A DNA stretch of 64,000 bases, taken from Eledone cirrhosa. Taxonomy: Eukaryota. Positions 12,758 through 28,195 of this stretch are shown piece by piece. The notes under the pieces were generated by a model. The model ran no database searches. It was not told the DNA's origin and worked only from the letters and a program-made list of their open reading frames with translations. The stretch covers positions 10,007 through 74,006 of the forward strand of contig CAXHJY010000858.1 of assembly GCA_964016885.1 (NCBI GenBank). The letters run 5' to 3'. The first letter of the stretch is position 1; the number at the start of each line of letters is the position of its first letter. The position numbers and the translations under genes were made by a program.

Positions 12758-13355
12758 TGGTGGCTGCCAACTCGTTTTCGAGTACGGCCACTACTTTATA
12801 TCCATGTAGGAGAATCCCTACCGATGCGCTGAACGAGTGTGACTTTTTAGTCCAGCCAGCGTCTTGAAAACTCTGGTACAAACACTACAGTTGTGCCAAT
12901 TATTGACACATAGTGCTGGGCCCATGGTACCATGTGACGACAAGTGCAGAGAGATCTCCAGATATAAAGCAATGCCTGTGCCGTGAAGCTTTTATAGTGA
13001 GCAAAGGCACTGCACAAAGCCAGTCCCACTCTCTTAACCAAGATGATATTTACCAAAAAGAATAACAAGTCAACATCATTGGATACCATCAGGGTTGCAG
13101 GTGTTATATCAGAGTTTTACTTTTCCTAGAATTCTGTTCTTGACAAAGACTAAGGGGTCATCTCTCTCGGTGATTTTGGATGGCAATTGACTCTTAAGAT
13201 GTCCTTTGACAGGTTTTGTTTTTAGTCCTGCAGGATGTCCAAAGTCACCCTCCTCACCAAGAAACCTTGGTGGGGTTGCCAGTTTAGACGCCAACGACCC
13301 GACCATGGGACAGGTTGTACTGGGATACATGTTACCAGTAGCACCAACTGGTGAC
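12758..13355 (-). mobile_element. Probable non-autonomous RTE-like retroelement inserted in satellite
   Basis: GC-richer ~600-bp island interrupting one satellite (same unit both sides); minus-strand 5' end carries an HDV-like fold followed by GCAACCCCACC; no long ORF. Confidence 0.55.
13279..13348 (-). ncRNA. Degenerate HDV-like self-cleaving ribozyme
   Basis: Minus strand: P1 GTTGG.. / P2 CCAGT / P3 ACA / L3 ACC / P3' TGT / P1' CCCAT / P1.1 GG / weak P4 / J4/2 GTCTAA / P2' ACTGG. L3 and P1 are shorter than canonical. Confidence 0.5.
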
Positions 13356-13466
13356 ATATATATATATATATACATAATATGCATGTATATATATATATAT
13401 AGATATATATATATATACATAATATGCATGTATATATATATATATATATATATATACATAATATGC

Positions 13467-13507
<41 letters not shown>

Positions 13508-13555
13508 ATATGCATGTATATATATATATATATATATACATACATAATATGCATG

Positions 13556-13587
<32 letters not shown>

Positions 13588-13677
13588 CATACATAATATG
13601 CATATATATATATATATATATATATACATACATAATATGCATATATATATATATATATATATACATACATAATATGC

Positions 13678-13708
<31 letters not shown>

Positions 13709-13753
13709 CATAATATGCATATATATATATATATATATACATACATAATATGC

Positions 13754-13786
<33 letters not shown>

Positions 13787-13796
13787 CATAATATGC

Positions 13797-13829
<33 letters not shown>

Positions 13830-13839
13830 CATAATATGC

Positions 13840-13872
<33 letters not shown>

Positions 13873-13882
13873 CATAATATGC

Positions 13883-13913
<31 letters not shown>

Positions 13914-13923
13914 CATAATATGC

Positions 13924-13956
<33 letters not shown>

Positions 13957-14002
13957 CATAATATGCATATATATATATATATATATATACATATACATAA
14001 TA

Positions 14003-14042
<40 letters not shown>

Positions 14043-14052
14043 CATAATATGC

Positions 14053-14089
<37 letters not shown>

Positions 14090-14099
14090 CATAATATGC

Positions 14100-14134
<35 letters not shown>

Positions 14135-14148
14135 AATACATAATATGC

Positions 14149-14237
<89 letters not shown>

Positions 14238-14290
14238 CATGATATGCATGTATATATATATATATATATATACATACATACATAATATGC

Positions 14291-14326
<36 letters not shown>

Positions 14327-14366
14327 GCATATTATGTATGTATGTATATATATATATATATATACA

Positions 14367-14410
<44 letters not shown>

Positions 14411-14530
14411 CATACATACATGATATGCATGTATATATATATATATACATACATACATAATATCCATATATATATATATACATACATACATAATATGCAT
14501 GTATATATATGTATATATATACATACATAT
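13356..14530. repeat. Composite satellite CATAATATGCAT(G) + (TA)n
   Basis: Over 20 copies of the same core as 11996-12757 with variable TA spacers. Confidence 0.92.
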
Positions 14531-15012
14531 ACACCTATATACAAAAATGTACTGTGCACACAGACAAAAATACGTATTTATTTATCTATATATATATATA
14601 TACTTAGTGTGTGTGTGCGTGTGCGCGTACAATAATTTTCGCCTCCCTACGATGATAAGGATGTTGGCTATCACAATGATGGCAAGATTTATAATGATGA
14701 TGATGACGATGATGATGTAGGAATATAGGAGCTATGACAATGATGATGATGGTGGCGATGCAGGTGATAGTGTTTATCTGCTGAAGTCGTTAGTGTTGTT
14801 ATTATAGGCCTCCTACATGGTGTAAAATGTTTTGCTATAATATTTTCATTGAAAATAGAAGAGTCGAATTTACAACAATTGTAAGGGGAGATGGGAGGCT
14901 GGGTTAACTATTGTGCTGGCATATATGGTTATGGACAGATGGCATTAGATACTTCGCCTGAAACTATATATACATAGAGATAGATAGATATTTGTATGTA
15001 TGTGTGTGTGTA

Positions 15013-15050
<38 letters not shown>

Positions 15051-15051
<1 letters not shown>

Positions 15052-15381
15052 TGGTAAACGGAATAGAAAATGCTGACAAATTGTTCACAGTGAAAAATAG
15101 TTTAATTAGGAATAAGTGAGAATTAGTAATTGTATTGGTTAGTATTCAGTTTTGGTTTTAAGTTTTTCCTTTTCAAAAATAATTTTGAGATAGAGCGTCC
15201 GTGATGTTTGCTCTGATCAGAGCAAACATCACGGACGCTCTATCTCAAAATTATTTTTGAAAAGGGAAAACTTAAAACCAAAACTGAATACTAACCAATA
15301 CAATTACTAATTCTCACTTATTCCTAATTAAACTATTTTTCACTGTGAACAATTTGTCAGCATTTTCTATTCCGTTTACCA

Positions 15382-15382
<1 letters not shown>
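15051..15382. repeat. Near-perfect spacerless palindrome, 166-bp arms
   Basis: Centre CTCTGA|TCAGAG at 15216/15217; one mismatch seen (TTTTTCC vs GGGAAAA); (TA)n on both sides. Confidence 0.95.
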
Positions 15383-16618
<1,236 letters not shown>

Positions 16619-17529
16619 GGTGTCCTGGGGGCTTAGTTGGCAAGATAGTTGGATATTCTAAATTACATGTTGTAGTTAGGGGTTCAATTTCTGGCAGTTT
16701 GTAGAATATATTTTCCTGGTCGTGCTACTAAGTTGCACATGGCCTGGAACAACACAGGCCGAAACCTATCGAAGTTATCTCTCTCTCTGTCTTTGCCCTT
16801 CACCCTACGGAGCTTCAACTTCCTACATAGTCATTTCAAATCCCTCAGTATTCATCAGCTTTGTCCACCTACCTGGATCGATAAAATAGAACACCAATTA
16901 ACTACTGCCGTATACATAAGACTTCCCACCCCACCCCAAATTTCTAACGTTGTACCGACGTTGGAAAGAAGTATTAATCTCTACAAAATTAACAACTAGT
17001 AACATTCCCAAATTTTCTTTCAAATTAAATGAAGATAAATTGGTTACAAATCTAATAATTTATTTAATTGATTTTCATTTTTCGGTCTATTTTGTAAGTA
17101 ATTCATGCCTTTATATTATCACACATATATATATTTTTTTTTAATAAGAATTTTCAGTGTTCAATTCAAGTTATATTAAAAACATTTCAATTTTTTTCAT
17201 CACGCGGAAACTCATCAAAGACAATATATTACGACTAAAATTTAATAAGTTTTTGCTCATTCTGTTTTTTCGGTTTCGTGGGTTTTATTTTAAATATTAT
17301 TAATTCTGCAATAAGTGATCCTTTTCGTTTAGTGAACCAGATATTTTTTCATTATAATAAATGCAATTTAATCTTACAATTTTATAGTTTGATTTCAATT
17401 TATTTTTTTCATAAATACAATTATCTTAAAATTATAAAATCATAATTACAAATATAAAAATAATCTAGTCGTTAAACTTAAATTTATATAGAACAGAATA
17501 ACTACATATATTTTGTATGTTTGGTATGT

Positions 17530-17798
17530 ATAGACGCGTAACTCACGAGGGAGCCATACGGGCGCCGTGTTGGTGTGCGGCATTTCTAGGGCATTTTTTT
17601 AGAAACCTGGCCAAGACCGTCTCCTTTCCAGGTCTGAATACAACAGATATCTTCTAGATAAGAATAGAGAGAGTGAGAGAATGGAAATAAGAAACAGATA
17701 TAGAGGAAGAATCGACCCCAGTACTAGACTGGTACTTTTATATCGACCTTGAATAGATGGAAGGTAAAGTTGACCTCAGCGGGATTTGAACTCGGAGA
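17530..17798 (-). mobile_element. SINE group A, long-tail subfamily, 5'-truncated
   Basis: ATCGACCCCAGTACTAGACTGGTAC..AAAGTTGACCTCAGCGGGATTTGAACTC plus tail shared with 445-762. Confidence 0.75.
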
Positions 17799-19234
17799 AC
17801 ATTTAATATTTGGGGAGTGAAATATTATATGTTTTATAACTACATAGACTTACAAAAGTAACAGCTCTAGAATCCAATGTATTTATGTCGATCAAGTAAA
17901 ACTAGTAAAGTGTTGGCCAGGATGTATCTTGTATCGGATTATGATGAGTATTCCAGTCTTCTGATAAAGGAAATTGCTTCCTCATTGTAGTGTTGAATAA
18001 TTTCAAGTGCATTCCAAGGATACGTGTACCCTATTGTAAAGTTTGGATAGATTTCGTGTGTATGACAAAGCTGAGCCCTAACAGAACAGATAGTTCATAT
18101 TACGCACTTCCTGAATTCCCCTCTAAAGATTTTTTATCACAGAGCGTAGAGCCATATGGGGGCCTGTGGTAACATATACTTGCCCAATGTGCCATACCCT
18201 GGTTCTAGTTGAACTTCAGAGTGAAAGAAGAAAAAGGAGAGTTCAAATCAGATCCTAGCGAAGTTGATACTCTAACGACCCTGACATTACACACACCTCC
18301 ACAGTGACGAAAGACAATAAGCTATTCCACATAGGAATGACAGTGTTAAAACCCTTATCCCTATTATATTTCTATTGATGTATCAAATCACCTTTTTATA
18401 TAATGCCGTCGGATTTATCGACCAAACTCTAACATTTCTAAATTGGTTCTATATGATTTTTCTTTAGTTGGGGGCTGAATATATTTTTTAAATTACTCCA
18501 TTTTAACTACAGAAATTTATTTTACGTTCTTATATATTATTAATTATTCTTGTATGTAGCCGTTAGTGTTAAACAGTATCATTTTCTTGTTTATTTCTGT
18601 TAGATTAATATATTTTATTTAGAAATCTATTTAAGTTTTTCGCCTCTCTTCATTCGTTAAATTTGAATAAACGAAATAAACAAACAAAACAAATGAAATA
18701 GATAAATGAATAAAAAAAATAGATAAATAATGAAATAAACTCATCTTAAAGTGAATCCTCAAGATTTACGCGTTCACCCTCAATTGAGTGTTTTTGTGTA
18801 TTTATTAATCTATTTATTCTTTCATTTATTTACAGCATCATTCCTTTTGTTTTCTATCTTGTTTTTAGTCTTCCATTCGTGCTTTCTTTAACCAAATGAT
18901 TTCTCCCTTATTTCTTTTCTTATTTTCTGTTTTATTTTCTAATTGAAATCAGGGATTTTGTTTTGCTTAATTTCTGTTAGTTTTACTTGAGATATTTTCA
19001 TTTAAATATTAGTTCTCTTGCAATTCATAAACTACATTCCAAGTAGCAATTTGAGAGGAAAGAAACTCCGAAAGCCTTAGTTTAAAATATCTGATATGCA
19101 CAAAGAATATATATATCAAATACTACAAATTCAAATATATATACATACAAATGCACTCGCACTGAAGTACATGCATTCAACTACAAAATCAAAGACGCAC
19201 ATACACACGCATATATATATATATATATTCGGAT

Positions 19235-19406
19235 GTAGTTGGCGGCTAAGACCAATGAGTACCCAATACCGAAGTAGAGTTTAAATATTCATTTTATTAA
19301 GGCCAAATAGTGAGTCTCGTTTCTCTGAGGTTTCGTCTGCTTATGACAGGGTCATCTAGAGTAACAAGAAACACTGCAGAGCCTTGATAAAATGAATATT
19401 TAAACT
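19235..19406. mobile_element. TA-flanked Penelope-like footprint: inverted repeat around a hammerhead-like core
   Basis: Arms AGTTTAAATATTCATTTTATTAAGGC (19278) and GCCTTGATAAAATGAATATTTAAACT (ending 19406); minus-strand centre CT(A)GATGA-CCCTGTCATAAGCAGAC-GAAAC-CTC-AGAG. Confidence 0.6.
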
Positions 19407-20819
19407 TATATATATATATTATATCTCCTAAGACATCACTATTGTAAGTTGTATTCAAATGCTGCTAGAAATAGCGGGAAGTGTCCCTCAAATAACCATC
19501 GACTCACAAAAGAGGAAAGTTTTGTTACATGTTACCTAATATAGTCCTAATTACTTGTGAAGTGTCTAAAGTCAAAAGTTAAGGTTGTCACGGTCAGAAC
19601 GTCTTTAACACGAGCTTACACAAGAACAATAGCAACAACATTTACCAATGTCAGTAAATGCAAATTATTTTGTGCAGCATAACCGCCACAATAAAGGGTC
19701 GCTTCTCTAATATTGTAACAGATTAATATAGAATTGTTGAAGACCACCACTTTGTTTCCTCTACAAGAATGTTACGATATTTAAACAGAAATAGGCTTAG
19801 GCAAGCTATTCATTCAGTACGAAGTTTCTCTTTAAATCAATAATGAGAATTAGCCTTTTTGCTTGATATACAAAAGTTTAATAATAAGTTTTCTTAACTG
19901 TCCATAGTGTTATTTCATTAACGAGTGAACCGGATTTCTTTAATACCCGAGAGATTTTAAACTGAACGTAATATCATGTTACCATTTCTGTTTCTTCCGA
20001 TCTAATCACTTATGCCATTCTTTGTGCCATTTGATAATATATGCATCACTTCACAGAATAAGAATCTATAAATTGATTATTTTTATCGCTTCTTTCCGAG
20101 AAGTTGTTTGTTCCTAGTAAGTGCGAATTTCAATATCTATCATTAATTATTACACTGCACTAGAATAGTGATGTTATATATCTTTTCTGAGAGGGGAAAC
20201 GAGTTTGTCAGTCAAAGATATTCAGTATAATGTCATAGATTTTATTGATATATACTGTATATACTTATATCAATAACGCGAACGTGTTACTCTCACAGAG
20301 ACATTTAGACAAGTGTCAAATCTTAGCTGCCATATAAAGACACTAGAAATTCATTCGTTAGCATTTCATTACGACAAAAATAGTTATATATTTGCATATA
20401 GACATGAGGCCCATATTTGATAAATTGTCGGAGAGAATATACTTGTTGCTGTTTTATAGAGATTGACATGTGTGTAATATATCAGACAAGGTAAGTAATC
20501 ATAAGAAAACTTTGGAAAATTCTCTTAGTAATGGTTGTCCATAGCAACAGAGAAATTGTGAAGTATCTTCCAATTTACGGAATAAGATGTAAAGGTTTTA
20601 TGTCGAGAATGAAAGTGCAATTGTTTTATGTGATTCAACATAAATACCAATGATATTCATTGCAATATCATTGGTCCTTTGTGAGTTCATAAATAATACT
20701 TTTAAAGACTGACATAATGGGATCTTGTGAAAATCATGATTTTCCCTCTCTTGGAGGTAAACGTGTTAACCACACTATTGTTTATTTCCTGTTGTGTTAT
20801 CAGTCTCGACATATAACTA

Positions 20820-21190
20820 TACACTATATATATATATATATATATACACTACACATATATATATATATACACTACATATATATATATATATATATACACT
20901 ACACATATATATATATACACTACACATATATATATATACACTACACATATATATATATACACTACATATATATATATATATATACACACTACATATATAT
21001 ATATATACACTACATATATATATATATATATATATACACTATATATATATATATATATATATACACTACATATATATATATACTACACATATATATATAT
21101 ATACATTACACATATATATATATATACATTACACACATATATATATATATACACTACACATATATATATATATATACACTGCACATATAT
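20820..21190. repeat. Composite satellite TACACTACA + (TA)n
   Basis: About 14 cores with variable TA spacers. Confidence 0.9.
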
Positions 21191-21389
21191 ATTATCATAT
21201 ACACCCACGCCGTATCTCTCTTGTTATTTATCTTAGACACACACACGCATAATGTATATGTGTGCGTGTGTTTGTATCTATGTAAGTATGTGTATTCTAC
21301 GCTATCACTGTCACTTTGTGTATGTGTGTGTTTGTATTTAAATGTTTCTATGTATTTATGTAAATATATGTATATTCTCTCTCTATATA

Positions 21390-21422
<33 letters not shown>

Positions 21423-22078
21423 CTCCCTCTCTAAATCTCTCTATATATAAATCTCTCTCTCTCTCTATGAGAATCCAACAGTCTAAGTTAGAATATACTC
21501 ACCAAAATTACTCCCGATGTATAAATGAACTCTAAACCTGACCTTCATGAGACAAACATGTCCACCACACACGGTTGACTGTATCTATTGTTTATCATAT
21601 AAATCACACCATCTTATGTTTTCATACAAAGGTATTTGATGTAATCCAGTTAGTTAAATTATACTATATCACAACATTAAAATAAGTGTTCTTTATAAAG
21701 ACTATATCTTCAATTTTATCAGTCATATTTTTTTACACACCATTGTCTTCAATATATAGAGGAAATAAAGGCCACCATTTTGTATTTTTTTGGAGACGTT
21801 GAAAAATATGTTGAATGATCACGACATTCTGAGAATTAGAAAAGTTCTATATCGATGGAATTCTTCGACCTGTGTAATTGATTCTTTAAACTGTCTGTTT
21901 TATGTTTTGCGTGGGTTGTTTTGTCCTTTTTTTTTTCATCCAATTAGTTTTGGGATTTCAGAAATCTTTTTTAGTAAATAAGAGATTACTAAATCCTTTC
22001 CTGATCGTGACAATTTACAATGAACCGAGGAGAGTGGTGTTCATATGTGTGTGTGTCTATATATATACATATGAGCAC

Positions 22079-22140
<62 letters not shown>

Positions 22141-22479
22141 TATACCCACATATATACATTGATTTATACGACAAATGAATGCATGGTGGTGGGGTGTATA
22201 GGTTACTGGACCACAGTTTACCAAATGACAATGGTACATAATAAATAGGATTCATTCTTGCTGAAATCAGTGTATCAATCTATTTAGGAATTATTGATTT
22301 TGATATGCAACATGGTAAACACATGACACACATTATACATATATATATATATATATAATGAGAGAGAGGGAGAGAAACATGGAAAAAACGATACACAGAC
22401 TGACAAATATATATATGTATGCATGTATAAATGTATGTGTGTATGTATGTATAAATGTATGTGTATATGTATGTATAAA

Positions 22480-22523
<44 letters not shown>

Positions 22524-22731
22524 GGCGAGAGAGAGAGTTGAATTAAACATAGATAGATAGGTAGGACTGTTCTTATAATGAAAGGACTTCATATCAGCAT
22601 GCACCTTCCTTCGACATGTAGGAGCAGACAGAAGCTCTTCTCAGTTTCATATTTACTATAAAAGGGATTTAATGACAGTGCAGGACTAATATTTCACGAC
22701 ATTCTAGGCGTTACTTTAATTGCTCTACCAA

Positions 22732-22950
22732 ACACAAACACATCGTCCTCGCACCCACACAAACACATCGTCCTCGCACCCACACAACACATCGTCCTCG
22801 CACCCACACAAACACATCGTCCACGCACCCACACAAACAATCGTCCTCGCACCCACACAAACACATCGTCCTCGCACCCACACAACACATCGTCCTCGCA
22901 CCCACACAAACACATCGTCCTCGCACCCACACAAACACATCGTCCTCTCA
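22732..22950. repeat. 23-25 bp minisatellite
   Basis: CACACAAACACATCGTCCTCGCACC, about 9 copies. Confidence 0.95.
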
Positions 22951-23391
22951 CCTACATTCATGAACATATAAATGCGTTGGAGTAAATAAACTGAACTAAG
23001 GTGTCTCCATGGTTTACTTCATGAAAAATCTTGATTAATTTGCCAGAAACTGAAATGACACAGGTTTGTCTGTCCAGTCTCCCTGGTGGATGTGATCCTG
23101 TAGATCAGAGGTTCTGAAACGTCGGTGCTCCCCCCCCCCTCCTCATGACCACGTGATACCCCCCTCCTCCTCATGACCACGTGATACCCTCACCGCCCAC
23201 ACCCCTACTTCCAGAGAGATCTGTCTACACGCAAATTGTAAATAATATATAATAAATAACATGAGATTATACACAATGAAAAGCATCACCGAACACGCAC
23301 GCACGTATGTATATATATATCCTTACGTGTGTCCGGTGCTGCTATATATATACTCATATGTACATATAAATATATATATATGTGTGTGTGT

Positions 23392-23510
23392 GTAGTTGGG
23401 AGATGAGTACTCAATACAAAGTAGAATTTAAATATTCATTTATTATGGCTATATAGTGTTTATTACTGAGGAGTTTCTCCTGTGTACACACAAGGTCATC
23501 ACACTATTTA
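23392..23510. mobile_element. Second copy of the Penelope-like footprint family with hammerhead-like core (minus strand)
   Basis: Homologous to 19235-19360; minus strand GTGATGA-CCTTGTG-TGTA-CACAGGA-GAAAC-TCCTC-AGTAA. Confidence 0.6.
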
Positions 23511-23609
23511 CCATGAAAAATGTATATATATACTGTTATATATATATATTAAATAGATATAGATATATATAATAAATAAATAGATATCTATGTATTTATA
23601 ATAGATATA

Positions 23610-23648
<39 letters not shown>

Positions 23649-24121
23649 GCAGGCAAAAATCAATCAATGAAACAATAATAACTGCAACATAAATAAATAA
23701 TTATTATAGAACAGAGAACAGATAAGTTCGATGTATTGATTGGATTTTATCAATAGGGGTATTTAATAGTTGTTGTGTAGATTGTCATTGTAGCTTGTCA
23801 AAGGAAATATATTTCTTGCTTAGTCAAATGAAGTCAATATAGAAAATTGTTCCGCTCTCTTTCCCCCACCATCACATTAATACAAACTCCCATATGTGAT
23901 AACAACAACAACAATATCTACACCACATATATGTACATACGTGTCTATAAATATATATTCAAATATCTATCTATATATATAAGTATATGTGTATGTATAT
24001 ATATGTGTGTGTGTATCTGTGTGTCTGATTGAATGGATGTTTTTGAATGCACTAAAGGCAAATAGTTCCTCGCACTTGTACCTTGTTTGTAATATGGTCA
24101 CAGAGTTCTAAATAATTGTTG

Positions 24122-24248
<127 letters not shown>

Positions 24249-24380
24249 TCGGACGCAATTATCTTGCACCTATATATATATATAATCTCTACTGTCTCTT
24301 CCCTTCCTTCGTTTCTAAACCCCTCTATATCTACATATATAAAATATATACATTTGTAACATGTTCTGTGCCAGTATGTA

Positions 24381-24774
24381 TAATCTCGGGCCCTAAACAT
24401 TATGGGGTGGGGCTGGAATAAACATGTGGGTTGGAAAATTGGTAATTTTTCTAGGTTGTCTGCATTGATTTTTTTTTTAAATCCAGAATTAGTCGTTTAG
24501 TTTACATATTGAGACCCCAACCCATCCTATTTATTTTATAACATATGGGATTTCTAGTAATGTTCTTTTTTGTCATATATAATGGGGTTCTTTTATGTAT
24601 AAAGAAATTTGTCACAGGAATCCTACCACTTAAAATAAAATTTCGCCAGAAATAGATTAGCAAAATTTAATAAATTGGGGGCGGCGGGAGTTGAAATAAG
24701 AGCAGGGGCTGGAAAAAATTTGAAAAGTTAATAAGCAGACATGGGGTGGGGCAATTATCGGAGACCCGAGAGTA
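24381..24774. mobile_element. Non-autonomous DNA transposon (MITE) with TA ends
   Basis: Left TAATCTCGGGCC vs right GACCCGAGAGTA (reverse complement TACTCTCGGGTC); sub-terminal AATAA..GGG(C/T)TGGAAAA motifs near both ends. Confidence 0.6.
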
Positions 24775-25496
24775 ATAGTGAAGGTCTTGGTTTCTTCACC
24801 AATCGTTGTCTCGAGGCTGAATTTCCTTCGAGTTGCCTCGCCGAGAAAATCAATAAACAGCAGACAAAATACCGATGATATAATCTACTAAAAACTCCAT
24901 TCCATGTAGTAACATAGCCACACTCCAATGGCTGTAAATTTCAAAATAATATAAGAATACGCAGCACATCTAATATTGTTGTGCTGTTTATTTTTTCAAT
25001 TTTATCATATTTTATCCTTTTTTTGTTGTTGTTTTGTTCACTTTATCTCCATGTCAGCCAGTAAAAGAAAAAAATGGACGCATCTTTCCTCTCCACATCG
25101 CAATAAACATCCATTTTTTTGTTTTTATTCTCTTAATTATTTCTTCTTCCAAGAAAACTGTATTCGTTCTTAACGGTGACAAATGTTTCATTTGCATCGA
25201 TAGGGATGAATTGAGAAACCATTCAAAGAAGAAAAAAAAGAACAGAAAGAAGGAATTGAGTCGTCTGTGATTTATGGTTTTAAATGAGCCTTGCTTACAT
25301 GTTCAGCGGGCAGAAATATGCCATCATCATCATCATCAACATCAGCACAATCTTCAACATCACCTTCCTCATAATCCTCATTCACGATCATCAATTACAT
25401 CATCGTGGTCATCATCATCAACACTAGCACAACCGTCAACAACGTCACCTTCCTTCTTAGTTCAGGACCATCAACACCATCCTCATCTTCATAGAG

Positions 25497-25665
25497 TTAC
25501 GGCTCTTTACATTCTGAGTTCAAATACCGCCGAGGTCAGCTTTGCCTTTCATCCTTATGGAGTCGATAAAATAAAGTACCAGTAACGCACTGGGGTCAAT
25601 TTAATCAACCTCCTCCTTCCCCGAAATTACTGACCTTGTGCCTATACTAGAAATCATTATTATTA
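25497..25665 (+). mobile_element. SINE group A, standard subfamily
   Basis: TTCTGAGTTCAAATACCGCCGAGGTCAGCTTTGCCTTTCATCC..GTCGATAAAATAAAGTACCAGT..CCTTGTGCC..(ATT)n tail. Confidence 0.85.
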
Positions 25666-28151
25666 TTCATGATAACACCATGATCACCATTTTCGCCAGT
25701 GCCATCAATCCCACCATCCTCTACCATAAAATTCCTCAGAATTCCACACGATCACTGCCTTCCTCTTCACTATCATCATCACTACCTTTATCATCATCAT
25801 CATCCTAAACACCTCTACTACAACTATTGTCTTCCTCACTACAGCCATGACCTCCATGAAGCAGTTGCTGATTGAAGATGTAATATTATTTGCATAAAAT
25901 AACCTGCAATAAATAAAGTAAAATAATTTAAAATAACATAAAATAAAATAAAATAAATTTAAAAAATTAAAAATAAAATAAATTTAAATAAATTTAAATA
26001 AGCTAAAATAAAATAAAAAAATAAAATAAATTTAAATAAATTTAAATAAGCTAAAATAAACTAAACATGTTCAAGAATTCTCAAGGAAGTATCTAAGCCT
26101 CAGCGAGCAATTGATGGAATTGCGTTTGTGAAGCTGAAGACAGGCATTTGTATGAAGAGTTTCATTGGAATCTGTTAGACAGTGTTTGGGCTACCGTTTC
26201 ATAATATCAAAAACAGCAAACCAAACTCGACAAGAATTAATCAACAAATCATGATGTCATGACCACTAAATAAGACAACAATTTGTAATTTCCAATACAT
26301 AGTCAAACGTTCGATTTTTATTCTTCATACATTTCAATTTTATTTTTATATATTTTGTCTAATTTTTGTCACAGAAAAAATACAAATACAAAACAAGTTA
26401 TAATTATTTTGTCTCAACCCTTTAGACATAAATATTGTTGATCTAACATTGTAAAATTGCAATTACCATCCAGTGTGCCTTAAATTTGATGACAGTTTAA
26501 TCCCCAACTAAGAAGCCACGCCATAAATAAAGAATTAAAGGACAAGATATTATTCCAAATGTAATTATTGTTTTTTAATTATTTTCCTTTGATTTTTTTT
26601 TTCAAAATAACTTTGCATTATTCATAAAGATTAATCCGGAACGACTTTCAAATTTATAATATTCAAACACACATACACACATATTCACACATATTCACAC
26701 TCACACATACATTTACACTCACTCACATACTCACATTTTCACACATACACTCATACATACATAGTAACACTCTCCCTCAAATATTTATGACTTTATTAAT
26801 TTATGTTACTAGTTTTAACCGTTCCACTACGGTTCTGCTGTTGCAAGATCTTCAAGAGTTCAAATATCAGTCAAATATCAGTTGATCGTATGGTCGGCAG
26901 TAGTTGTCTTAATCTCATGTACTTTATCGATACATACATGTCGAATCAATCACTAAGTTTCTAAATAAGCAACACAGATTTTACGCCAGTTTACAAAACA
27001 CAAATATATATATATATATTTGTAGCAATTTCTATTTTGTGTGAATAGTCAAAAGTTAAATCGTCCTGCCTTATGTCCATTTGTTACTGTCCTATGTGCA
27101 CAGGAGCTAGTTATATCGACCTTAAAAAACCAAAATCACAAGGATATCCAGAGGTCGACTGAGAAAGGACGGCTCTGTGATTCGCCCGACTTTTTTTTTT
27201 ATTATATATGTGTGTGCGTGTGTGTGCCTATATTTATGCATTACATTTGCAACTGAAACAGAATGTCATTTTGTAGTCTGAACATGTATGGTTTAGAGAA
27301 AGGGTTGGTTGAAATTTGACCTAATTAAAAATTGTCATACTGTTTCAGCAGAGATGATTCATACAGTTAAACATTAGAAGATAATACATTTTGAATGAAT
27401 CAAATCCATATAATAGAATATTTATTGAAATCTAATACGTGACACCATGTTGGACAAAAAAAATATATAAGAGAATACTGAAGACAGAAATTTTTTTATT
27501 TCTTATCGTAAAATTGAGAAATTTAATATATATTTTAGTGTTGAAATATTAATTTTGATTTTAATTCCAGTGTGAAAGAAAATGCTAATTTTAGAAGAGA
27601 AAGGGACAAAATGAATTAAAAAAATAAACGCGATGCATAAAATTCCTGACAGATGAGGTGTAATAATTTAAATGAAATCTGAAATGTTTTAAAAGAATTA
27701 TTATTACTTCACAAAAAATTTGAAAAGCTTCCATTCATTTCGGGAGTTGATTCCAAATAGACTGATGTGAAATATCGTTCATTTAAAGATATTAGGGAAT
27801 ATGACAAAGATTAGATAATTTCACGGATAGAAAACATATGTGTGCTGGATTCAAATCAATTATTTCTTACTTGGTCGACTTTATTTCATCTCATTTTTTT
27901 TAGAACATGGTATTACCTTTTGTTCGTTCTTGTCCATTTCAAAGCACAGAATGTGGTCTCGATTGCTTATAGAACAGAAATTGAGATGCCCTGTATATAT
28001 ATATATGTATATATATATATACATACGTACGTTTCAGATACTGGTCTTTCATACAGGATAGAAGAACTAAAAGATGAAATATAAAGATAGAGAGTGAGAG
28101 GAGGAAAAGATGGAAAAGATTTTTTCCATAAAAGCACGTCTGTATTCTCTC

Positions 28152-28195
<44 letters not shown>

